Source of the DNA: Antedon mediterranea
Lineage: Eukaryota > Animalia > Echinodermata
DNA: 64,000 nt
Assembly: GCF_964355755.1 (NCBI RefSeq)
Contig: NC_092670.1
Location: forward strand, 18,462,795-18,526,794
Direction of reading: 5' to 3'
Under the pieces are notes generated by a model that saw only the letters and a program-made list of their open reading frames with translations, did not search any database and was not told the origin of the DNA. Positions 1-12,716 of the stretch are shown piece by piece (the first letter of the stretch is position 1; each line of letters begins with the position of its first letter). Position numbers and translations under genes: made by a program.

Positions 1-147
1 ATATGACTATAATATTTTCATAATAAAGACAATCTGTAGGATTCAATTTATCTTTTTAGGCTCTAGAAAAATTATTATAAAGTAGTTGCAAAGAAAATAT
101 TATAAAGAGGTAGTAGTACATGGGTCACATCATAACACCCTGTCCCC

Positions 148-465
148 TTAAAAATGTTTTGTCCCCGAAAAACATGAAAAATGAAGATTAATTAAATCAG
201 ACTTTGAATAGGTTATTTTGTAGTTTTGATTTAAGTCAATCACATCTGTAGAAAAAACAAAACAAAATGTTTGACTTATAAATAAAAAAATGAATAGTTA
301 AATTCAACAAAAGTTTTTTTTTAAATTACAGGTTACAAGTAAATCCTTTTTTTTTCAATCCAGTTTTTGGTCAAATTTGGATAACTATTATGTGACATTA
401 TAATGGCGTACCAAGAAAAAAAATTGTAACAAATATTTTTTTGAGGGTGAACAATACATCTTTAA
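148..465. mobile_element. TTAA-flanked non-autonomous DNA element (Kolobok/piggyBac-like MITE), degenerate
   Basis: Left end TTAA-AAATGTTTTGTCCCC and right end GGGTGAACAATACATCT-TTAA form imperfect TIRs. Related left ends recur at ~20487-20530 and ~31001-31060. Confidence 0.5.
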
Positions 466-863
466 TAACAAATGTTAAAAATACAAAGTGTATTAGTTTG
501 TGTATTGTTACCATGGGGACACTTTGTGCCTTCCCTGGAACCTGTTTATGCTAATTTATGCAACAAATTGTTTTCATGATAGTCTTTGTTGTCGACACCC
601 ACCACTAGCTAATTAACTGTAAACGTTGAAGTCTGTTATTAGTACACAAGATATTATTATCTAGAGCTCCATAACAATTAACCATTCCATTAGGTGATGC
701 CAAATTGATCGGTTGAGTGAGCTCTAGCCTAGATGCTTAGCAATACTAGTATTTGTAGGTACTCAAGTATTAAACATTGATTGCGCAAATGATCAATGGG
801 ATAACGTTTTGGTCTACGTGCTTAGCAATACCAGCATTTTTAGATAGGCCTACTCAGCTATTA

Positions 864-901
864 GACAAACATTGCCAACTTAAAAGTTGGCAATGTTTGT
901 C
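864..901. repeat. perfect palindrome, 18-bp arms with 2-nt spacer
   Basis: GACAAACATTGCCAACTT-AA-AAGTTGGCAATGTTTGTC. Confidence 0.9.
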
Positions 902-1460
902 GATTTAAAAATTGAAGTGCATGTAATATGGTAAACTATTAGCCGTTTTGCAACACATTAAGTAACACTTTAATTAACTTCATTTTAATTTTAAATTTCA
1001 AATTTTATTTAAAATAATTAAGCCTATGTTAAAATGTTTTTATGATAATACTATAAGGAATTGAAATAACAATACAGAAAAAAAAACATTTAAATGTTAA
1101 TACCTGTATATTACTACAGTAAGTGGGCCATGAGAGAGCTCACTTTTTGTTCACCTTTTGGGCATGGCATTCACGGATATAATTGTGCTGGGTGGAGCAA
1201 GGTGGGAACATGTACTTATAAAATCTTCTGCCCAGCAAAAAGCTTATTTTAAGGTCTCCTGCCCAACCTAATTTCAATATAGCCAACCCACACAAGAAAA
1301 ATGTGGGTACCTGAAATTACTGTATTATTTTAAACCTCTGGACATTTACAACATGTAAGGTACTATTGCACAGATATTATAACATTAGCATCTTAAAAAT
1401 AATAAATTCAGTTCATAATTGAATACAATTACTAATTTATTATCTTTTTTCTCATTGCAG

Positions 1461-1742
1461 TGTTCCTATCCACTATGTTCGTCATACAAATACTACGGTG
1501 ATGAGCCTAATCACGAGGCCTCCGCATTTGCAGATAAGTACGAAGTTGGAGCAACATACAGCTGCTATCACAGCCCAAGTTCAAATGAGGTCATTTTAGA
1601 CCTTACTGCAAATCGTCAGCAGGTTATCCACAGTATGCTGTGGCCATCGTTAGGACTTATACTCACCGTCATTGCCATCTATGCCTTAAGAAGACATGCC
1701 ATTGCACATGAAAAAACAGAAGTACCTTTTACAAGGTTTTAG
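1461..1742 (+). CDS. terminal coding exon of a calcium-activated K+ (BK) channel beta-subunit-like (KCNMB-family) protein; upstream exons lie outside the window
   Basis: Acceptor ttttttctcattgcag| at 1460. Translation CSYPLC...YSCYHSP..NEVIL...VIHSMLWPSLGLILTVIAIYAL follows the KCNMB pattern QCSYxPxC...FxCY...VLL...H.F/LxWP plus TM2. Stop TAG at 1740-1742. Confidence 0.75.
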   Translation, partial: CSYPLCSSYKYYGDEPNHEASAFADKYEVGATYSCYHSPSSNEVILDLTANRQQVIHSMLWPSLGLILTVIAIYALRRHAIAHEKTEVPFTRF

Positions 1743-3921
1743 CTTACAAAATGTGATTTAATATTATTTAAAAATTCAAATTTGTTAATAACTAATTTAG
1801 TGCCTAGCCTACTTTTATAACTACTAATTAGTCTCCAATCAAAATAATTTGTTGATAAAAAACTAAAACATATTCTTATTGGAGTACTAATTTTCTGTTT
1901 GGGTTGTTCCATTTTAGCAGCAGGGACTTTTTCTCTATCCAGCTGAGGGTGAGAGCTGTTATCAGTTTATCCAGATAAGTAGTCAACCAAACTAACTTTT
2001 TTATAAATTGACTAAAAAACAAATTATTTTTTTAATGGTTATTGATAACTTTTTAAACTCAAGTAGGCATATCAATTAAAGTAGGCTATAGAATATTCCA
2101 ACAAGATGGTTTTCAAGACTAACAGAGCGAAACTTGTAATCCTTACAAGTGGTAGATTACTCTAAAAGTCTGCATTAATCCTGATAGGTCATTGGACAAC
2201 CATGGAGTACACATGGTATTGTTGTTTAGTACATTAGCAAAAGATCCATATTCACTGAAAACATCAGATCGAAAACTCAAATCCCTGAACACATGTGCAG
2301 CGCACACGTTTTATTGTTGGGATGATAGGTACCCAATTTAAACCTAATCTATATCAATTTATAGTGCTTGAACACATTGTGTAGAGCAGTTATTGTTGGG
2401 GTGAAATAAGTACCCAATTTATACACAAAATCCCAAGTTATATATATCAATTTATAGTGCCTGAACACATGTGGAGAACACGCATATATTGTTTAAATAG
2501 GCACCCTGTGGGGAGTGTACTGTACTTGCACAAAACACTTTCCTTTGTAAAAAAACCCTAAATTCAAACTTTGTGCCTTGTTTTCAATGGCCCGGGACCA
2601 GTGCCTCTTGACATTTTTCGAAAATTTTCCAGTGCCTTTTGATAGTACCAATTTTTTTAATAATAGCCTAATTTATTTTTATAACAGGTTATGGGGTCTT
2701 TCATTAAATTTTAAATTGAATTGATTAAATTAAAAGCATGATATATTGTGTGCGTAGCAAATTTGTTTCCCTTTGTGGTTTTTGACAGTTTATGGTTATT
2801 TTGTTAGTTAATCGCTTTGTAAATAATTCAATGCTTATAGCAATCACTAATGGACGTGAACAATACCTTGCCTTTTATTTTGTTGCTACAGTATAATCAG
2901 TATTGTAGTTATTTTTAAGGCTTTTAAGAATTTTATTATTACAGATCTGAAGGTCAGAGTTGAAGGGTTAAAACCTTTTTACCATGTAAAGCGTTTCTTT
3001 AGACAATTTATTGTTTAGGCCTATAGATATAAAAAATTAGATAGAAAATGGGGATTTTAAAAGGCAGTGGGTGTTTTAAATCATAAATCAACCTGTGCTA
3101 ATTGATTTTAACAATTGTATTTTGGCATTGTTACCTGAAAAAAAATCAACACAAAACTGTTTATTTCTCAAAAATATATTGTACATTAGTTGTATTTGGA
3201 TAATACAATAATAAGGATATGAATAAAAATGGCTACTGTATATAATAACATGATTTAAAATTTTAAAATGCAACTACTGTACTAAAATGAGGTGGTTTAC
3301 TTTGCAACTCCCCAGAAAAATTGTCAGTGGCTTTCTTTGCAACTACCTCTGAAACTGAAAGTGGTTTGTTCTGCAACTACTTCATAGCAGTTGCGGTGAT
3401 TTACATTGCAACTCTTTGCAACTACCTGAAAATTAAAGTGGTTTCCATTGTAACTCCCTGCAACTACTACTACTGAAAAACAGAGGTGTTGTTCGCTGTA
3501 ACTCCCCCTGCTGTTCAGTAGTGTAAAAGGTTTGTTCTTTGCCATACCGCATCATTTTAACAAGCTCTGTAATGAACCATATTAATTAAACTTCCTCAAA
3601 GTTTCAACTCGGCTACGGAAGCTCTTTGTTTTTAATTAGGAAACATCCAATATGCATGAGTTTATGTAATGAAACGTGATTGCAATGTCCTTTAGGACGT
3701 TCTACCGCAAAATCTAAATTATAAGCAATAATATTCCTGCTCAGCTTGACTTTGATGTTTTAAGATAGTTTTACAAGGTACTATCATTTTAAGTATAAGG
3801 TGTAAATCAACAAATATTTTTTTTTATCAGAAATTGAAAATAATATGGTTACAACATTTAACATTAATAATCATAATTTAATGTCAGATGACCATTTTAT
3901 AACACGAAGAAACCATCCTTA

Positions 3922-4072
3922 TGATCTGTCTACACTGTCAAACTTTATGTGGCAAAAACATGTGATGTGCCCATATATGGACATGATGATGTCATATCAC
4001 TACCATATTTAGGCATATCACTACCATATTTGGGCACATCACACAAACTAGTTTGATAGTGTAGACACAGCT
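3922..4072. mobile_element. MITE family A copy (TIR AGCTCTGTCTACACTATCAAAC)
   Basis: Matches the family consensus at 51051-51210; TTA flanks. Confidence 0.85.
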
Positions 4073-5688
4073 TTATGCTCGTTCCATCCAATATTTATGT
4101 ATCTTTATTTAGTTCTGAACTAATAGTTAGTTTGACAAAATTGTAGCAAAAAAAAAGACTTTTATTATTATCTCTTAAGAAGATAATAAATGTTTATTTT
4201 TAAGTTAATTTTAATTTACTCTGAGTATAGAAATGAATAATCAAATGGTACAGAAGTAGTACTACTAAAAAGAAATTAAAAATAATAATGATAAACTTTT
4301 GTAACTAAACAATGTATAATGTTCTATATTTTTATAAATAAAAACTTGGTATATTTTAATACATATACCTTGACATTTTAATGTTTTGTTTGGAATGCGC
4401 AATAAAGTAATATATTCTTTTCTCCTTTAGTAGGTGAAAGTATAAACATATTGTATTCATTTTCACTAGTGAGGTTATAATATAACAAAATTTAATATAT
4501 AAATATTGATTTGATTTTATGAATAAGGTTTGTCTTTCAAAATACGTTTCAATTATATTATTTTTATTAGGACTATATAGTTTTATATTTCAGGAAAATT
4601 GTCTTGGTTTTTTTTTCAAATATTTAAATTTTAATAAGTTGACACATACCGTGTGTGTTTAAGGATAATAGTCTACTGCAGTAACTACATTTTTTTTACT
4701 TTTAAAATGTTAGCAATTATTTAGCAACCTTCTCTTGGGTAATCAACATACTGTTGATCACACAGTGGTTAACTGCAGTAACTGCAGTAAACTAATTTTT
4801 ACATGATTGAAGATCTAAATAAAAGTGGTAGAAAAAGTAGCATACCATCGTAAATGGAGGAAAATGGTTTTTTTTTTCAAATATAAATTTTGAATTAAAT
4901 TGCACGCTTTAATAAAAATGAATAATTCGTTGATTTGTGTGATAAATCATTGAATCTGTAAATACATGTTTTTATGCTGTAAAAATTGCTTGTTTTTATA
5001 TCATGTAGTTTAAGCTATTTTGTAATTAATAACATAAGATCGTCATTGACTTGTTAAGTTCATCACGAATTAATTAATTAACTAATTAATTTTAATTGAA
5101 ACCAGGAGACATATTCTAGTATTGCTATACAATAAATAAAGTGCCTATATTTTATACTTTACAAAATAAGTATGTTTCGGTTAATAATAATAATAATGTC
5201 ATGATTAAATTCAATTTTTGGTGTAATTTGATTTTAAAAAAGGTTTGAATATTTTGAATGTAATAGAATACGTTTTTTTTTTTTATAAACCTGGTATACT
5301 TTCATCTGATCTACTTTTCGTGGTAAATGTATGTAACACCACCCCTTTTTTCTTAATCATTTTAACTCTTAATTTGAATGCACCAGGTTGTCTCATACCT
5401 TAGTGTAATGTTACATGTATCAGATGTAGTTAAGATTGTGGCCTATGATACAATATAATATGTAATGCATTTTTACGCTGTATTACAGAATTTGCCATGA
5501 TACTAAACAAATTAAGCATGGTTTCCACTAGGAGGTAACGAAAGTAATTTGACCAATTATAATGCGATCAATAATCCAAACTGTCGTGATTGGTCTACTC
5601 AATTGCGTTGCGTTACGTAAAACAAGCGTTACCAAATACCGATAATCAGCTTGCTATATACTCCTTATTCACTTCTATTTTTACACTA

Positions 5689-5869
5689 AAGCTTGGTTCC
5701 CACTAGAACGTAACGCAAGGAGGTATACGCAACGCAAGCGTTTTAACCAATGACAAGCGAAGTTATAGACAGTTAGCAATCAAAAGTGAATAAGCCATCG
5801 CTTGTGATTGGTCAATTCACTTGCGTTGCGTTACGTCCTTGTGTTGCGTCGCTAGTAGGAACCACGCTT
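5689..5869. mobile_element. MITE family B copy (TIR AGCTTGGTTCCCACTAG, internal facing CCAAT/ATTGG)
   Basis: taa|AGCTTGGTTCCCACTAG...CTAGTAGGAACCACGCT|tta with long internal inverted repeats. Partial relatives at ~5515-5620, 8164-8325, 9325-9390, 11844-11970, 24508-24570, 44230-44335. Confidence 0.8.
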
Positions 5870-6545
5870 TAGAGATTAACTAAATTCTTTTTGTTTATCT
5901 CAACTATGGTAATAACCATAATGGTAGAAAATTTGTTAATTTAAAAAATAATTTTATTTTGTCTATTGAAAACTTGGTTAAAATGTGAGTGTATTGAACG
6001 TTTTTAGTCATAAAGCACTGACGTGTTGTTTAATGTTTTCTTTTAAAAAGTTGTTTTGTGTTAATATTTTTTATTTGTGTCCGTATTGTATTATATTTTT
6101 GGTGAAAAGTTGAAATGTCTTCCAGTGTTCACAGATGAAACAATTGAATAAACGAAGCTTTCAAATCTCTGCAAGACTCATATGTTTGTTTATTTACAAA
6201 TGGCGTAATAATTGTTTAAGCTTATAAAGTACGGGTCAGACAGATTCCTTTTGTATATATTAAAATATTCCTTAATATTAGAATACAATATCAATTTGAA
6301 TATAATAGTCTGTTACCTTCCATGTATGTGTTAATACGCGTATGGTATTGATAAATATCGATTGCTATTGACTAATGTGAAAGTTGTTTATAAACAATGA
6401 AAGTACCAGTGGCTGTATTCACCAATAACATTTAACGGCCACAGGCGCTGTTTATTCCGCATAAATTTTGAAAAATGTGAGTGCGCTATCATCCATGTGC
6501 GCAATTCATCTTAAGTTGTGAGATTAGCTAAATTAAGAAAGTGGG

Positions 6546-6860
6546 AACTTGGTTCCCACTAGGACAACATAGGGGCGTACGGTAAGCGCAGCGCAAGCTA
6601 TTTGACCAATGACAAGCGACAATTTGAATAAAAAAAATCTTGTGATTGGTCCAGTTAAGCTTGGTTCCCACTACGACGCAACACAAGGACGTACGGTAAG
6701 CGCAACGCAAACGTGTTGACCAATGACAAGGGACAGTTCGAATAATTTATCGCTTGTGATTGGTCAAATCATTAAACGTTGCGTTACGTCCTTGCCTTGC
6801 GTTTCTAGTAGGAACCAAGAAGCATTACTTGTGTTGCGTCCTCTATTAATAGTGGGAACT
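6546..6860. mobile_element. two nested MITE family B copies
   Basis: Outer copy 6546-6657 plus 6828-6860, interrupted by an inner copy 6658-6824 with TTA on both sides (6655-57, 6825-27). Confidence 0.75.
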
Positions 6861-9800
6861 ATTTTTTTATGTTTAAAAGCAAATATAGATATTATACACA
6901 ATCAGTAAAATGACCATCGTAGACCGTTTAGTGACCCCGTTCAATTTCGTCCACTTTCCGCCCTGAATAGATTGCACATGCAGCAACTACGTCGAGGTGT
7001 AATTTATCTTGATTAGGTCTGATATTCATCAATATTAGTCTAACAATAACCTCATTAGCATCCTCCTAATCAACCTGTCTTTGTGTCTCATTCAGGATAC
7101 TTCGACTTTTTTTTTTAACAGAATCTCCAGATTATTATATTCTCAGCGTCACAGTCTTTTATTCAGATCGTTGTTCAATTAAGTTTCATTTAAAAAAATC
7201 AATTTAGGCCTATGGCTTAAACTACTGTACTGAAGTGTGTATACATCTGTAAAGTACCAGTTGTGATTGGTAATAAGGTAAAGGCTCAGTGTAAAATTGT
7301 TTTCCACATAAAAAATAAATCAACATATAATGATTCAGTTGTAACATGTACCGTTGTATCACGCAACTTTCCTAAATATTTGAACAAATTATCTACGCAA
7401 AGAGAATAAGTTCTAAAAAAGCACTACATTGCGCTTTGGTGTTTATTCCATTGGGATTCCATTTTAATTAATTACGTTGATTGGAGAGCCAATCTGTTTT
7501 TGCTGAAAAATTAAGTAGCAATACGTAACGGGCTACTACAGTTTTATTTAGGGTCAAAATGCAATACTTTTCTTGGGTCTTGAACGGGGTCTTGAAGGCA
7601 TAATAGGCGTTTTACTGTTTGATATATAAATACAGTATAACGGTGTGGTATTATAAAAAGTATGCACTGAACTCTATAAATCGTAAAGGCGCTTTCATCA
7701 TACTACATTGTAAACGGATAACAGGACACTTCCGATATTATAACAACACCTTCCATGACTCATCAGAACAAAGCCAATACGATCACCTGAATGTATCCTT
7801 AGTTTTCCTTATATAATCTTAGAGGTCAAGTCTCGAGATTAATCCAAAACATACGTGAAAGCAATAAAACTGACAGATAAATGTTGAACATTGGAAGAAC
7901 CGTGAGAGAGTAAGCGAATAATGTATAGGGCCTAATTGGTTCCAGCGGGGAAGAGTAATTTTACCCTTTTTGGTTCACTACATGAGACAACAATGTTTCA
8001 TTGTCTCATAACATAAAACATTATCTCTTATCATACAATGAAGTTTTTTTCCATGTATTGATTATTGTTATAAAAAAAAAAACCACACCCAATATATAAA
8101 AGAATATCAATACAGTAATAAGGCGTTTCCTTAATGCTGAATGACGCATCTGAGACGCACCAAAGCTTGGTTCTAAAAGGTAACGCAAGGACGTGCGCCT
8201 AGCGAATGTGACCAATGACATCGCTTGTGATTAGTAGCGCAACAGTACAGGTGTTAAATAATTTGACCAATCACAAGGCCAGCGATCATTCGAACTGAGA
8301 TTTTCATTGGTCAACTCGCTTGTTTTATTTCAAGAGAAACAACAACAGCTATTATATATTTTTCTTTCAATAATTGTTTTTTTGTATATCACAAAGAAGA
8401 ACAGTTTATGACAATTGAATAACTATAGGCCTACTATAAAATCCGAATACGGTAGTCCTCACAAAGAAAAATAGGAACCGCTTGCGCAAAATCATTATTT
8501 AAGTCAATAACGTTGTTAATCTTGAAGTACCATAGTCGCTTATAACATTGACTTTGCACATGGCCCTGTTCAGACCCATGGCGTTAGACCGTTTTAGCGT
8601 ACGTTACTAGCAAGGTCACGTTACAAACCGCAGAGAAAAAAACGAGGTGTTCAGACCCATAGCGTACGATTATCGTTACAACGGAAGTACGTCATTCAGG
8701 TTGTTTCTAGTTGCATATTCATGTGCTCTTACCCACGTGTTTTCATCATTATTTCCACTGTATATAGGCCTAGATCTCAGCCCTAAAATTATGACAAAAT
8801 TTGCCGTAAATAAAACATACCTCAGCATTTATTTAAGAAAAATATAGTAAAGCTAAATTTCTGTTTCTATTGTTTTTATTTTGTATTAAAAACATTTTCC
8901 CCAGGCTCTTGTGTTACGAAAATAAAGCAGGCCTCCTAATGATGAAGAAAAAATTGATTGTGATTAGTCTATCCAGTCCAGTCAAAGATATATATTCTTT
9001 GTTCCTGTCGGTTGAAAATAACCCTTAACTTGCTAATAAAAGGGACAGCTCCCCTTGTTTGTTTACTGAATTTGTTAGGAGTTAGGGGGTTCTCAGCATT
9101 AAACTTGTCCAGTCTAGTCTGCCTTGTATGAATGAGTGACTTGATGTCCCACGCTAGTTTTTAGCTTGAATGAAATGCGTGAATGGCTCTAGCTAGGCCT
9201 AAAAGCGGATGGGATCGTAGTCCCTATGTTTAAATACAAGGTGCATGTATTTATGTGAAGTAGGCCTACCATTAAGTAGCAGCCCTTGTTCCTCTGCCCT
9301 TTGATATCAATAAGACACCCATTCGCAAGTAATTTGACCAATCACGACGCGTGGCTCATCCAAACTGTCCCTTGTGATTGGCTAAATCATTTGCGGACCT
9401 ACTTTGTTGATATCTTTAAACGTCTGACAGTCTCTATAATAAAACGACGAAGTGCTAATAGTCACGTTGTCTAAATAAAGCAATTTTGTTTTATGTCGGA
9501 AATGTTCTTAACAAAGTCAAGATATTTGTCTAGATTTCATGATTTTTTCTTTCGTTTTATCCAGGCATTTGTTGGGGGTTTTTTTTGCCCAGGGAGAGAT
9601 TCATCCATAATCTAAAGCCTGCTACTACACAGATATTGCAAACTTCAAGTTTGCCACTGTTCTTAGAGAAGGTTTTTGCTAGCGGAAACTGTTCATTTGA
9701 GGACACTGATGCACAGTCTCCAGTATAGCACAACCAAACAACAGTGCTCCCCCACCCCCCCCCCCCCACCCCAAAATAAGCACTGAAAAAATAGCATAGC

Positions 9801-12716
9801 AATGACGTAATCACGCATATCAGACAACTTAGCAATGTATCTGATATTATTATAATCCGCGCGTTTAGTTTGTTCACACTAGGTCCCGCATTTCAATCAA
9901 TAATCGTCGCCTCAAAATCCTGCATTATTCCAATATCGATACAGTATTTAAAATATTACGCAATACATTTTATTACACTCTGTCTATTTTGGGATCAATT
10001 ATCTTAACTGATAAGATAAACTTTAATACGCCTATGAGTAACTGAGATATATATGTTGCAACAACTAACATAGCAAATGGAATGGTTCAATCAACAACAA
10101 TCGGAGGAGGTTGAGTTGCAAAACGTTCCAGGGTTGTTTCCGGTTGTAGGCCTAGACTAGCATTACATTAATTTGAACCATTCTTCGTTACATGACAAAT
10201 TTCATCCGTATTATTTTGATCCAAATCTTTTCCCTATTATTATTATTACGTTAAATGTTTTATTTAATGAATGTTTGAATAACATTTTTGACAACTATCA
10301 TTTCTGTGTATCTTTATTAAGTATCCTACTAATAGCATTATACACAACATTGCTCTTAATAATTTCATTTAGATATTATACATTTAACGGAAAGTTTTTA
10401 AAGTTACTGTTTGATTCTAATCACAGGGGTTGTTTGGTTTATTTCCTCAGTATTCCCCGTACGCACAATACCGTCGCGTCGGATATCAAATTCAAAGCTA
10501 GATAATATAGAGGGCGGTATGTCAGAAATTCCATTATTATTTTTCATCGTGGTATAATAAATACGATAGTATAATTTTAATTTAAGACATAAAAACAGTT
10601 TTTTATCATCAGTATTATTTATTTTTTACTTTAAATTTGTATACTGTGTGTTTTGTACTGTATATTCGCGTTTAGTTTTTTCGGGAGGGTAGGGGAGGCA
10701 TTTTATTCAAGGGAGGCGTTTATTTGTGTGTGTGTGTGTGTGTGTAATATGGTGTGTAAATCCATCTGCTCGAGTCGAAAAGCCAATTTAGTGACTGTTA
10801 GACTTAACAGAAAACGAAAGATTGCTGTTTTCTCGTCAAATCGATAATTAATAGGCCTCTTTCTTCATTTTGAGGCCTATTTTATAAAATCTTGAAATCC
10901 ATGTATAATTCCTAAATCCTCATAAATCAGATATCTAAGGTTAATTTGATTGGACATTCAACTATCAAAGTAATTTAATTGGGTTATTTCCCCTCTAAAT
11001 ATTAATATATCGGGTTATTAACCACAGAATGAGGCCGCACTTAATTAATGTACAATCATTTAAATAATTATGTAATTTGAACTTTGACCTAACTTATGAA
11101 GCTCTGTTAGCAAAGCTTTATTGTGTGCTAAAATTAATTGTAAATCTAGGGCCTATGATTTACTGTAGATTCAAGTACAATATCGTGTGATTTTAAAACT
11201 GTGTTTATAAAAAATGAAATTTTCTCAAAATGGCACATTAATTATGCTGTACTTATTATACTTATTTTTAAGATTAATTTCCGATCCTTTTAATTCTTTA
11301 ATTTTGAAAAGGATTATAATTCGTGGAAGTGAGGTCTCCTTGGGTGTAACTTAAAATTAGAATTTACGAAACACAGATTGTATGAATTAACGTGGAAAAA
11401 CCATAAGGAAATTAGTTGAACAACAAACAAAAACAAGAAACACTAGTGCCACAGTGTATAGTGTAGCCGCAATGGAATCGCTCTGAAGCGGTAATGTAAA
11501 AACGTCCAGGGGAACGTGTGCAGGGGAAAATATTCAGTGAGGTGGGGGAGGCGGAGGGGGATAGTTCAATCATCCATTGCTTTCGACCTTTGGCATACTT
11601 TGAAGTCTGTCTTTTCAAACAACATATTAAATGTACTTTAACCTTTTTTTAAACAAACACATTCCGTTTGCATCAAACTTCAAATTACATTCATTAGAAT
11701 AAACGTCACTTTTATAAGGATGGATCTTTTATCTCACCAAACTAAAGGATTGTGCGTATTGACAAACCGCAACAATACGGTTAATAGTGTACCACATTTA
11801 ATTTTACAATAGCATTCCTCTTTACCTAATTATGGTATGAAGGTCCCATGCCACTGAGACGCAACACACAAGGACGTACGAAGGCAACGTAGGTGACTTG
11901 ACCAATCACATTCAAGCGATTGATTATTCGAACGCTTTCATTGGTCAACTCGTTGCATTTCATCTACGTCCTACGTAAAATACACACATAAGATATAAGT
12001 TGAGGACTACAAACAATAGTAATACTATAGCCACTCGCATTGTATTTTTGCCGATCTTTGGCTTTTATTTGGCTGGTTTCCGCATTCCGGTGACATTGCT
12101 TATAATTTGTTTAATTAAAACATTAATAATCAAATAATGCTCTAAAAAGAATTGTTATATATTAATTAAATTTGTGCTTACTTGTATATTTTGTGGTAGA
12201 TAACATAGTAATGATGAGATGTTAACTATGAACAATAGAATATTGTGTTTCGGCCTTGGTTTTTTTTTTGAGAATTTTACGCGCACTGTTTAGCTTTGGG
12301 GAAATCCGGTACAAGTTATTATTTGCTATAAATATTAACTTGAAGGTGACCAATATTTAAAATATTTGTGTGTGTTTATGGTGTGGATATGTGAGCAAAA
12401 TAAAAGATATACGTCATTACAATCAGCAACAATAGGTAAGATACAACTTGACCATAATAGCATTCCTTACTCATTGTAAAGCATTATTCAAGTACAATGA
12501 TGACAATGAACCTTTCTATCGCTATATTAAGCAAATACTTAAAGCAAACACAGGAGGACTTTGAACGATTGCAAACAGGCAAGAGGTACTGTATATATAG
12601 GCTACTTCCGTAACGGTCTGGTATTTGGTCTTTCGATATCGAATTTGTACTTTTATACCAGCAAGGAATAATCGAAATTCATTTTTTAAAATCCAGTATT
12701 GACAAGTGACGTAAGA

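Noticed and set aside
6900-12400. Short ORFs in the intergenic region (9557-9877, 10173-10505 and others)
   Set aside because: AT-rich or low-complexity translations with no recognisable domain or consistent exon chain.
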